From: the human T2T-CHM13v2.0 reference genome, Homo sapiens
NCBI RefSeq assembly: GCF_009914755.1
Contig: NC_060943.1
Reading direction: 5' to 3' (one strand)
Length of the DNA stretch: 64,000 nucleotides
Within the stretch, counting starts at the first letter, position 1. Every line of letters begins with the position of its first letter. The position numbers and the translations under genes were made by a program. Below, one piece after another: positions 11,470 through 22,899 of the stretch. Under the pieces are notes generated by a model, which ran no database searches, had not been told where the DNA came from, and saw only the letters and a list, made by a program, of their open reading frames with translations.

Positions 11470-13232
11470 AGATGGAATTAAAAACTTCAATCTTGAAAAG
11501 GAAAAAGGAAGCTGGAGGATTCACACTTTCAGATTTCAGCATCTACTGCAAAGCTACAGTAATCAATACAGTGTGGTACTGGCATAAAGGAGGACATAGA
11601 AATGAATGACATGGAATAGAGAACCCAGAAAAAAAGCTTGCATATATGGCCAAATGATTTTTGTCAAGAGTGCCAAGACCATTCCTTGGGGAAAGGACAG
11701 TCTTTTTAACAAGTGATACTGGGAAAGCTGGCTATCCATGGACAAGTATGAGTTGAACCTTTACCTCACACCATATACAAAAAATGAACCCACAATGGAT
11801 CAAAGACCTAAATGGAATAGTGAAGACTACCAGACTCTTAGAAGAAAACATAAGGAAAAAGCTTCATGATATTGAATTTCAGAATGATTTATTAGTTATA
11901 ACTACAAAAGCATAGGCAACAAAAAGGGATAAATTGGACTTCATGAAAATTAAAAACTTTTATGTATGAAAGGCCATTATCAAGAATGTAAAAAGGCAAA
12001 CTATGACATAGGGAAAATATCTGAAAATCATATATCTGATAAGGGATTAATTTCCAGAATACATGAAGAACACTACAAATCAAAAACAGCAAAAATACAA
12101 AAGCCCAATTAAAAAATGGACAAAGGACTGAAAGAGAGATTTTATTAAAGAAGATATACAAATGGCCAATGAGGACATGCAAGGATTCTCAATATTACTA
12201 ATATTTAGAGATTTGCAAAGCAAAACCACGGTGATACATGACCTCACACACATTAGGATGGCTTTGATAAAAACAACATGAACAACATCACAAAACAAGT
12301 GTTTTCAAGTATGCAGAAAAAATGAAGCTCTTTGTGTATTGCTGATGGGAATGGGAAGTGTTATAGCCACTGTGGAAAAAATGGCATGGCACGGCCGGCT
12401 CATGCCTGTAATCCCAGCACTTTGGGAGCTGAGATGGGTGGATCTCTTGAGGTCAGGAGTTTGAGAACAGCCCGGCAAGCATGGTGAAACCCCATCTCTA
12501 CTAAAAATACAAAAATTAGCTGGGTATGGTGGCATGCGCCTGTAATCCCAGCTACTCAGGACGCTGAGGCATGAGAATCACTTGAACCTTGGAGGTGGAG
12601 GTTGCAGCAAGCCACGATTGCACCATTGCACTCCAGTCTGGGTGACAGAGGAAGACCCGGTCTCAACATCAACAACAGAAAAGAAAATGGTATGTCAGTT
12701 TCTTAAATAAATTAAAGCATTACCACTTGAACCAGCAATTCTACTTCTGGACATACAGCCAAAAGTATTGAAAAATATTTAAACAGGTATTTGTACACCG
12801 ATGTTCACAGCAGCATCACTCACAATAGCCAATGGGTGGAAACAACCAAAAAGTCTATTGAAAGATAAGTGGATGAACAAAAAGCAATATCCATACTTTG
12901 GAATGTTCTTCAATCTTAGCAAGGTATAAAATTCTGACACATGGTGCAAAATGGATGAACCTTGAAGACATTAAGCGAAGTGAAATAAGCCAGACACAAA
13001 AGCATAATTATTATATACTTCCATTTATGTAAGATAGTTAGAATAGTCAGTTACTTAGAGACAGAAATTAGAATGGTGATTACCAGGGGTTAAGGGGAGA
13101 AGGAATGAGAGTTATCATTTATTGGGTTCAGAGGTTTAGTATAGTAGGATAAAAAAAGCTCTGGAAATAGATAGTGTTGATAGTAACACAACACTAAATT
13201 GCACGCTTAGAAACAGTTAATAGTAAATCTTA
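11470..13232 (+). mobile_element. L1M ORF2 end and 3'UTR fragment, interrupted by an Alu
   Basis: AAAGCTACAGTAATCAATACAGTGTGGTACTGGCATAAA, CCTCACACCATATACAAAAA, AAATGGATGAACCTTGAAGACATT. Confidence 0.9.
12392..12685 (+). mobile_element. AluS
   Basis: GGCTCATGCCTGTAATCCCAGCACTTTGGGAG...CTCTACTAAAAATACAAAAATTAGC dimer. Confidence 0.95.
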
Positions 13233-14074
13233 GATGTATAGTGTCTGGTACTCTTACCTTCTCTATAAATACACACTTTTTGTCGCTGTTCCTCCCCTGC
13301 CATAGGGAGCTTCTGTGAGTTAATCTCCCTATTTCTCCAAGTGTCCATCACTCACTGTCCTCTGTGCTGTGTTCCAGGAGCTGTGTCCACAGACTCAGAC
13401 AGGCAGTGACTTCAGAGCCAGGACACAGTCCTATTCCCATTTTTTAAAGCCTTACCCATGGGAGGCTTGGCTTCTACTGGCCACTCGATTTAGCCAGATT
13501 CAGAACAGGCCACCCAGGCACCTTATCCACATGCCCTGGCCCCAGCCTGGGTGGAGTCAGGGCAGGGGCAGTCACTGGGTGAGCCCACAGCAATGCAGGG
13601 AGCAGTGTCCGAGCTGCTTCTCCCTCACCCAAGGGGCTTCCTCCTCTCATTTGGGGAAAAGTGTGGGCTTGTTTTGAAACCTCTGATGTTCATTGCAGCT
13701 CATGGTGTACACACACAGACACAGACACACACAAAGGACACAGAAGGGATGTTTTGGTGACAGAAACAGCTTGACCATGAGGACCCTCCCCTTTCTCCCT
13801 CTGTGAAGGCCCTTATACTGCATAGTGTTTGGGGCTGATAAAGCCATTTCCCTACATTTCTCAGGCTGGACCCAAGGTCATCCACCAGAAATCCGGAAAA
13901 CAAAGGGAAGAGAATCTGTAGATATGAATTGGGAGTGTTCAGGAGAAAAATTTGGGATTTACTTTTGTGCATGGGACACAGGCTGAGAATAAAAATGTTT
14001 TTCTGGCTCTTTCTTGGAAAGCCAGATAGGCTTCACCTGAAAGCATATTGCCAATGCTCCAGTGATCCACTTAC

Positions 14075-14329
14075 AAGGGACTGTGATTTTCTTGGTTGCG
14101 AAGTTTTTGCCATTAGTGACTGGGTTATGGACATAACACAGATAGTCCCCACTATTTTCAGTAGTGACTTGGGGGATAAAGAGCTCTTGTCCTATTTGTT
14201 GGTTATTCCCATTCAGCAGCCAAGAATACTCTGCTGATGGATTAGAGCCCGTGAGGCAGGAGAGGTTGAGGTTTGACCCTGGATAGTAACAGGTGTCTGA
14301 AGAATAAGTTGTGGGTTCATCTGGGCCAT
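14075..14329 (-). pseudogene. CEACAM IgC2 B-domain exon, open and canonical length
   Basis: Acceptor CTTTGCTCCAG|, 255 nt, phase 1-1, donor |GTAAGT. It translates without stops to xGPDEPTTYSSDTCYYPGSNLNLSCLTGSNPSAEYSWLLNGNNQQIGQELFIPQVTTENSGDYLCYVHNPVTNGKNFATKKITVP, with both Ig cysteines and the Trp present. The ORF track does not list this frame. Confidence 0.95.
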
Positions 14330-14718
14330 CTGGAGCAAAGAGAATAAAGCCACAGGTAATGTTATCAGAGGGAATGGGAAGCTCCTGTTTTGTGAAAGGG
14401 GCATAGTGTTCCTTTTTGCCAAGTCACAACCCCGAAGTCCCAGCCAAAACTTCCTCTGTGTTCACTGAACTGGAGGAGTCAACGACATTCACCTGTTTCT
14501 CCCATCGCAAGCTATGGATCCAGAGTCCCCTAAGACCGGAGAAGCCCCTCCCTTCCTGGGCCTACCCAGGTTTGCCTGGGACAGGAAGTCATGGCCAGCT
14601 TGGGGGTCCAGGGGTAAGTGTCTTCATACTTGGACCTGAGAGGGACTGAGAGGCCTGGCCTCATGTTATGTGGATTTGGGCTGGCAGCCTTGTCCATGAA
14701 GGAAAAGAGGATACTCAC

Positions 14719-14987
14719 AGAGAACATCCAGGAGACTGGGTCACTGTGGCTGGTGCTCACTATATTCTTCCTTTGACGTTCATAGAGTCCTTTGTCACTC
14801 CTTGTGACACTGAGTAGAGCAAGGATCCTGTTATCATTGGACATCTTTAGCCTGGGACTGAGTGTGAGTCTATGACTATTTACCCACCACATGTAGATTG
14901 TGCCATGAGTCTCAGGTTCACAGGTTAAGACCACAGCCTCCTCATCCTCTGCGGAGTTGCTGGTGACATAGGGCTTGGGCAGATTGG
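14719..14987 (-). pseudogene. CEACAM IgC2 A-domain exon, disabled
   Basis: Acceptor TCTGCACAG|, donor |GTGAGT. It reads LPKPYVTSNSAEDEEAVVLTCEPET..YMWWVN..LSPRLKMSNDNRILALLSVTR. Length is 269 nt versus the usual 279 (about 9-nt deletion plus a 1-nt deletion near SDPV). The second Ig Cys is lost (YEC>YER). Confidence 0.95.
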
Positions 14988-15589
14988 CTGTGCAGATAAC
15001 AGAGAAGATTCCCCTGTGTGGCATCATTGATTTCTCCATGAGCGTTTTCCAATAAGAGTTGACATCTCCCACCTCTCAGCCAATCCAAGTCCTTAAAAGC
15101 CCACAGCAGGTCTGTGTGTCAAAAGACAGATGGATGCATGATGATCTGAGGGCTCAGAGGCCATGGGGCCACCTGCTCTGTGTGCAAGATGCACAGACTT
15201 CTGAAGTGTGGATCGAGCAGCAATATTGGTGAAGTGTGAATTGAGCAGGGTCAAACAATTAGAGTTTGATTAACTTTGTTTAAATTGAGAAGAGTCCAAG
15301 TGAGGCAGCAGTGGCTCATGCATCTCCCCAACTGAAGGACCCCACCTTATAACACTGTTGTTATTATGAATACACAGGTGTGAATGAAACAGGCAGTAAA
15401 TCAGACAGCACCCACCTGGCCAGCTCCACCTGGTCCTAAGAACCACCAGTATTCCCATTATGTGTATGTTACAGCTTTTTAGGCTACAAAATATAAAATA
15501 CAATCACAGAATATAAAATATGCTACTGTCAATACAAAACATTGAATATGAAGCTGAATATGTTGTTCCACTTTTTCTCACTCTTGTTA

Positions 15590-16710
15590 AACTTTGCTGT
15601 TTCAGTTTTGGAAGTTTCTATTGACACACACTTAAGCTAGAGATTCTTTCCTCAGCTGTGTGCAGCCTACCAGTAAGCCCATGGAGGGCATTCTTTATTT
15701 CTCTTAAAGTGTTTTTAATCTCTAGCATTTCTTTTGCTTCTTTCTTAGAATAGCCATCTCTGTTTAAATCACCCATATATTCCTGAAAGGTGCCTCCTTT
15801 TAAAATCATAATCCTTAACCAGAGTTGTTTTAAATTTCCAGTCTGATAATTTCAACATCCTTACCACATCTGTGTCTGGTTCCAATCCTTGCTCTGTCTT
15901 TCAAACTGCATTTTTTTTTTTTTTTTGCCATAGTCTGTCTTGTATTTTTTTGAAAACCACACATGATGTACTGGGTAAAAGGGACTTGAGTGGGCAGGCA
16001 TTCAGTGACATGGTGGTGAGTGTGGGGAGGGAAGGGTTCTGTGGTTCTGGATGAGGTCTGTGTCCTGGGCTGTGAATGTCACAAGTGCCCCTCAGGTTTT
16101 TCTTTCCATTAGGTGGGATATGATGACTTGAGGAGGCTGGAGTTGGATACTTCCCCTCCCTCTGGCCAGTTAAGCTCCTATCAAACCGCAGCTAATTAGG
16201 CTGCAGTGAAATAGTTTCTCTTAAATGTAGGTCTTACCAAGAAGAATATAAATCACTGACAACTTTCCAAGTGTTTTTTTCCCTTCTTCCAAGAAGAAGG
16301 ATGTGGATTCTTTTTTGATATTGACTGTGAGAACCTGGTAGAGCTCCAGGAGCTAAAAGTCATAAAACTGTCCCCCTACTCCCAAGACTAATCCATCCTC
16401 TGGTTTGTTTATCTCTGCGCTGTGTCCACACTGAGCCTCCAGAATTTCCTCAATTACAGTTCAGGTTTTCTGAACCCCAGCACTGGTTCCCGCTGGGGTT
16501 TCTGTGTCTGTGTTTCTGCTCAGGTATGGTGCGCTGCTCTGTATTTGCCTGTGGGTCTCTCCAATATGTGGGCCAGTTAGCACTGAGACCTTGCTTCCTG
16601 AGAAATCTAAACGAGTTGTTGATTTTTCAGTTTGTTCAGCTTTTTACTTGTTGTTAGAACTGAGTGAAAATTTTTAAGCTACTTACATGCCTGATGGAAA
16701 TTCGAAGTCT
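15590..16710 (-). mobile_element. L1M 5' region with ORF1 remnant
   Basis: ORF 15618-15809 (EMLEIKNTLREIKNALHGLTGRLHTAEERIS) resembles the L1 ORF1p coiled coil. Confidence 0.8.
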
Positions 16711-16852
16711 CTAGGGCATGACAGGAGGATATGAGCCCCACAGCAGGTTGAGGATGGAGTCATGAGTGAAATGGGTGAAATGAGCCCACGGGCTTTGGAA
16801 ACTGCAGATCTGTCCTTCTGCCTCTGACCCCCTGGTGAGTCCATGTAGAAAG

Positions 16853-17070
16853 TGAAACCACCTTTGCAAAGCATATGATGGTGAGAGGAAGCTAGCTTGG
16901 CTGACCGCATCTCACCTCTAGCCTCAAACTTGCTCTCTTTGATTCCTGGGCATAGGCCAGGGTAAGCATGGGAGGAATTTATAGTTTAACTTTGAAGCAA
17001 GGATGATAATAGTCCCTCCCTAAAATTAGCTCCTCCTTGTCGGGGGCTACCTTGGTAAATCTAAGAAAAA
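16853..17070 (+). mobile_element. LTR8B-like 5' fragment
   Basis: TGAAACCACCTTTGCAAAG...CATGGGAGGAATTTATAGTTTAACTTTGAAGCAAGGATGATAATAGTCCCTCCCTAAAA matches the recalled LTR8B consensus. Truncated after about 220 bp. Confidence 0.75.
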
Positions 17071-17812
17071 AGATTGAATGGTCTCATGATTCAGCAGGTT
17101 GTAGAGTAAGCATCATTCTGGCATCTGCTCAGCTTTCGAAGAGGCCTCAGAAAACTTGCAATCACGGAGTAAGCCAGTGGTGGAGGAAGACATCTTATAT
17201 AATGGGAGCTGGAGGAAGAGAGCAAGGGTTGCACACTGGTAAACAAACAGGTAAAAACTCACTTTTGCTACAACAGCACCAAGAAGAATGGTCTTAAAGT
17301 ATGAGAAACCACCTCCATTATCCAATCACATTCAACCAGGCTCCACCTCCAACTTTGGAGATTACAATTTGACATGAGATTTGGGTGGGGGTAAAGGTCC
17401 AAAAAATTATTATTATTTCCATGGTCCCTCCCAAATCTCACATCTTTCTCACATTTAATAATATGAGGATGGCTTCCCAACAGTCTCTAGAGTCTTAACT
17501 CATTCAGCATTAACTCAAAAGCCCAAAATAGCATGTTTCATCTGAGACAAGGCAAGTTCCTTTTACCTATGAGCCTGTAAATTCAAAAACAAGTTAGTTA
17601 CTTTCAAGACACAATGGAGGTATAGGCATTGGGTAAATACTCCCATTCCAAAGGGAAGAATTAGGCTGAAGGAAATAGGATACAGGCCCCATGAAAGTCT
17701 GAAACCTTGCAGCACAGTCTTTAAAATTTAAAGCTCCAAAATAATCTCCTTTGACCCCATATCTCATATTCAGGGCACACTGATGTAAGGCTTAGGCTTC
17801 CAAGGTTCTGGG
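17071..17812. mobile_element. MaLR MST LTR plus internal fragment
   Basis: CTGGCATCTGCTCAGCTT..GAGGCCTCAG, TTACAATTTGACATGAGATTTGGGTGGG, then MST-int-like CTGAGACAAGGCAAGT..GGCATTGGGTAAATACTCCCATTCC. Confidence 0.85.
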
Positions 17813-17983
17813 AATCACAGAAACATTCCAAGAGAGTGAAAAAAGAATTTGTAGTGTGGCTTTTGATGCTAAACAGCGTATTAGACTGAGTAAGTCACTG
17901 AAGAGAAAAAAGTCAGAGGAGAAGATGGGTGAGGGTGACAGAAATGGAATGGTGAAAGGAAAGGTCTGATAAAAATGTTTACC

Positions 17984-18279
17984 GGCTGGACATGGTGGCT
18001 CACACCTGTAATCCCAGCACTTTGGGAGGCTGAGGTGGGCAGATCATGAGGTCAGGAGTTTGAGACCAGCCTGACCAATATGGTGAAACCCCATCTCTAC
18101 TAAAAATACAAAAATTAGCCGGGCGTGGTGGCATGCACCTGTAATCCCAGCTACTCAGGAGGCTGAAGGCAGGAGAATCACTTGAACTTGGGATGCGGAG
18201 GTAGCAGTGACCTGAGAACGCAGCATTGCACTCCAGCCTGGGTGACAGAGTGAGACTCCATCTCAAAAAAAAAAAAAAA
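17984..18279 (+). mobile_element. AluS
   Basis: Full dimer with A tail. Flanking AAAAATGTTTACC / AAAAGTTTACC is TSD-like. Confidence 0.95.
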
Positions 18280-18559
18280 GTTTACCCAAGGGCTCATCTG
18301 GTACCTGGCTCTGTGACTAATGTCTTACACATTTTGATTTACTCTTCCACTTTCATTTTCTGATGCACAAAGGGTCACCCTTCTGCTGAAGATGAGAAAA
18401 GAGGATGAGGGAGCTCAAATGAGTGGTCTAGAGTCATCCAGCTACTTCATAGAGCTTGTGTGTTTCACCTTGATGTTTGTGCACAGACAGAAAAGTGAGA
18501 CACAGAAGGAAGGCAAAGCAAGTTTATGCTGTTGGTGACACTTATGAAAGTTACCTGTG

Positions 18560-18805
18560 TTGGCAGAATAATGGACTCCTAAAATGTTTGCACCCTAGCT
18601 CCAGAACCTGTGCATTTACTTTTCTTGGTAAAAACACAGTGCAGGGGTGATAAAATTAAAATCTTAAGATGTGGACGTTGTTCTAGATTATCTGGGTGGG
18701 CCCATTGTAATCAGAAGTGTCCTTGTAAGTGACAAAGAAAAGCAGGGGCATCCATGTGAGAATGATGAGCCTGTGAAACTCCACTGGCCAATGCTGGGTG
18801 TGAGC
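18560..18805 (+). mobile_element. MaLR MLT1 LTR fragment
   Basis: TGTTGGCAGAATAATGG...CTAGATTATCTGGGTGGGCCCATTGTAATCAGAAGTGTCCTTGTAAG. Confidence 0.7.
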
Positions 18806-18809
18806 ATGC

Positions 18810-21265
18810 ATCAAAAGACAAAATTACAACTAATGTAGTTATAGATTTTATTTTTCATTTATTATTTGAGGCAGCTCTCACTCTACAAATATAGTGACAG
18901 CCCTCCCTGGGCTATACAATAACAAAACAGTGGGTTTTGTCAAGTGGGAACCAGTAAACAAAGCCATATAAATAAATAAATTGGTTAACTTCAGGTCTCT
19001 TTTCTGTAAAAGTTAAAGCAGAGGAAACTTTTATTCTGCTGTCTCAGGTAGAGTGGAACCTCCTGTTTTCAACAAAAAACAAAAGTCTGTTCTGGTATCT
19101 CTTTGCTTCATTAAAATTTCAGTTGTAGACTGTAGCATTTAGCATGAGTGGTTCTATTTTGGAGTCTCTAGGCTCTCACTTAGGTGAGAGTGTGACCAAA
19201 ATTTAAAGCATTGGCATTCATCTCAGTAACCATCATATTGGGCTTCCATCATTTATAGGTTTATGATGTCTTCCTGATCACACATGTCTTTGAGTTTTTG
19301 TCATTTCAGCCAAAGAGAGACCCTTTGGTATTTGTTGATGGCTGCACACAAAACTTTTTAAAAACTTTTGTAGAATTCACCACACCAAAATGTAGAATTT
19401 AAAAACCTATAGAATTTATCACACCAGAGAGGCTACTAATATGACTATTAGGAGGATAACACCAAAAGTTTGGAGTATGCACTTTAGGCAAGATGCAAAC
19501 CAACTAAAATAGAATAGGTCAAAGAATGAGCCAGAATTGTCTAGCAATTTTAACCAAGTAGTATGTTTGGTAACTTCTGTGATTGAGTCATTATTATACT
19601 CGATATATTTGTTTATGTGCAACAGTCAGTGTCAGAAACTGCACAGGCTCCTCCCTCTTTAGCTGGTAGGGAACAATTTTATTATGTAGCATTCAATGGC
19701 TCATTAAATTAAAACAGGGAGTGAGAACAAGTGAGTCTGAAAATGTAACTTTAAAAGGGACCACTGTACATTTGAAGAAACAATTGTGTTAAAAATGCTG
19801 CTAATGTCAGCCATTGGGTGGACTAAATGATATCTTATGTAAAAATTTGAGGGTGACATGATATATCTGTCACTCTGTTATGCTACTCTCAGAAGCTACT
19901 TCACGTGAGATTCTAATGATACCATCATCCTGCCAAGTGAAAGAGGCAGGCATAAGCATGGACAAATTAAGAGGGGTAAGAGCCTGATTTTGATGTGAAG
20001 ACTTGTTCTGGCAACTTAGGAAAAGCTTTTCACAGTGTGAAGTTGTCAACTTCTTATCCTGGTTTTAAGTTTGAGTGTCTGTAGTTATGGTGTCAAACAT
20101 ATTGGTGAGCTCCGAGTGACTCATACTTCAGGCACGAGGGTTTTCCTGTGAAATTTACATTGAGCTTTCCACCTCCAGCTTATAGGACTTCAGTAACAGA
20201 GCAGATTTTGTTCTTACTGATTCAATAAGAAAAAACTGGATGGGAGGAACTAGAAGAATTCAGGGTCTAGTCCAGTCTACGGGTGAATAATAAAAACTCG
20301 AAAACAATGAACAGAGCTGCAATTTCATAGCAGGTATACTACACTTTTTATTTTCAACATTATTTTTCTCTCTATAGGCATATCTATTTTTACCAAAGAC
20401 AATCCCAGTAGGACAAATTTGTTTACAAAGTAGGTTTAGTCTTATGAAACTTTGCCGGGATTCTTTACATAAGTGCATCAAGAGTAGCAATGGACCACAG
20501 AGGCTCTTCCTAAAGTTTGGTTCGCTAGAAATTTTTATAAGTAGTCTCAGATGAAGCTTTTACAAACCTCTTGAGATGAGGAAGCCAAATGAAAGCCATC
20601 TTCAGACTTTGCCTGCAGTACTTATGGGTCCATTCTATGTATATTCTCAAATATAACATCTTAGTCAAAGCCTTGGTAATATAACCAATGTTTTGAAATG
20701 TGTCCTTTTGTAAAGAGAGAAGATTCTTACTAGTGCAAATAACTGTATCATCATAATCATATGAATACTCATGAATAGTTTCCCAATCCTGGGACAGTTA
20801 GGTAAAGAGCAAAAATCAATGGGCTTCAATTATTATTTCCAAAAGTATACTTTGCCAAATTGCTTTAGATATAGCTAGCTTAAAAGAAGAAAAATTCCAT
20901 AAATCTGGAAAAAATCATTTAATGAATCAGCAAATTTTCAAATAAAAATTATAAAAACATTATCCACATTATTTATTTCAATGAAATTATTTTTGTTCTG
21001 CTTGGTCTAGGTTGGCATATTTCATGAAGGCATCATCCTGTTTGTTAAAGTTTTGGAAGTCTATAGACGGTCCAGTGATATAATCTTGAACTGCTCAGAA
21101 ACTTGTATGCAAGAGTACTTGTCAGTATCTTTTCCATAAATCTTTTGAAATAGAAGCAATTTTGGACTGTAGCTGATTGCAGATGCTTTCAGGAAGAATC
21201 AAAACAACTATCTGTGAATGACCAACATGTAAAATGACTATTGCTAAAACTCTGATAAGAGTTTG
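18810..21265. mobile_element. ERV1 MER4-group internal sequence, copy 2, with xWTRP* terminal-exon homolog (20260-20276, minus)
   Basis: 19850-21260 is paralogous to 6640-8060. Minus strand CACCCGTAG|AC TGG ACT AGA CCC TGA. Confidence 0.65.
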
Positions 21266-21280
21266 GTATAAGAAAGGGAG

Positions 21281-21361
21281 TAACTCCAGCCAGTACTCCA
21301 GTCATGACGCTGACAGTGGCCCCAACTGAGAGACCAAAAGAACTTTCTTATCCTGAAGCAG
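21281..21361 (-). pseudogene. Truncated second CEACAM M exon relic
   Basis: Acceptor TTTTTCCATGACAG| at 21362. Frame xASG*ESSFGLSVGATVSVMTGVLAGV has an early TAA, and the 3' part is deleted and joined to ERV sequence. Confidence 0.88.
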
Positions 21362-21427
21362 CTGTCATGGAAAAAAAAAGAGGAGAAGGAATAAATAATA
21401 AAGACAGCAAGGTTTTTAGCCAATTAA

Positions 21428-21712
<285 letters not shown>

Positions 21713-22899
21713 TGCTTTCATGCTTTTTATAATAAGAATGAACTCCTTATGTAATAATCAATAAATAAATGAAATTATTTGCTTTGGATGTAGCAAATGT
21801 AGACTTAGATTGTCCAGAGTCAGGAGCTAAGCCTCATTTTTTTTTGTTTTAGCTCAGTGTAGAGTGCATTGAAGGTGTCCTAAAAATAATTCCATATAGT
21901 GAGCCAATTTTAAACCCTGCTCACAGCTAAATCTGCCAAGTATGAGCCAGGTAAAATTACCAAAAAAGGTGGTTCTGACTGATTCCTTAACAATAACGTG
22001 GCTTACAAACAAAGACTGATATGAAATAGTTGATCCAACCCAAACAGTTTGCTCATTTCCCAAAATTTTCTATACAAACATATACAACTTACCACAACAT
22101 AAAGATCATAATGAAAAGTTTGCCTTTTATTCCTTTAAATGACCATATGTTTAGATCTGATGTACTGACAGCAATAATTCTCCATTAAGCGGAAAACTAA
22201 TAAAATTTGAAAAATAGTGATTTTATATTTAGATGATACTCAGATCTTCTGCTACGTATGTGGAAAATGGAATTATTGCTAGAAACATTGTTTAAAGATT
22301 AGGGTATGAAAGGAGTATTAGGAAGTCAGGAGGTTCTTTCTTTAGGAAGCAGCTTATCTGGATTCATTCAAAGAGCTTTAGGTGAGTTTGAGGTCTTTCT
22401 GCAAAATGTAAATTGCTATATGAGAAACTATATATAGTCCAATGATGAAAGAATGCAAAGCCTTAGAAGCACAGGAGACAATTCCAGTATCTTCCCTAAA
22501 GTTCTGACAAAAAGGAAAATAACTATCAAATTCTTCAACTCGAATGCTTATTATGTATGTATAAGTCAGTTGTCAGATGAAGAGAGGCTGGAAATATGAC
22601 TTCTACCCCTAGAGAACTCACAGTCTTGTGGGGGCCACTAGGGGTGGTGGTGTGACCTGCCTGGAGCAGGGCTAAGTATGGACTTGTGAGTCAAGGGCTA
22701 TCAAAACCTAAGTAAACTGATTGCTGTTCAGAGAAGGTAGAGTTCCATTTCACAGTTTGCAAGAAGGACTATTTCATGGAGGAGGTCACGTTGGACTAGA
22801 CCTTTAAAAGTTGGTAGAATTTAAAAGCAAGGATATGGAAGCAGGAAGAGTGAAAGTGAGCACAGGTACAGGAGTGAGGCAAGGGTGAGCAGTTTTAAT

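Noticed and set aside
14530-15072. 180-aa ORF as a standalone Ig protein
   Set aside because: Only 14719-14987 is exon; the rest is intron. It has no signal peptide and lacks the second Ig cysteine.
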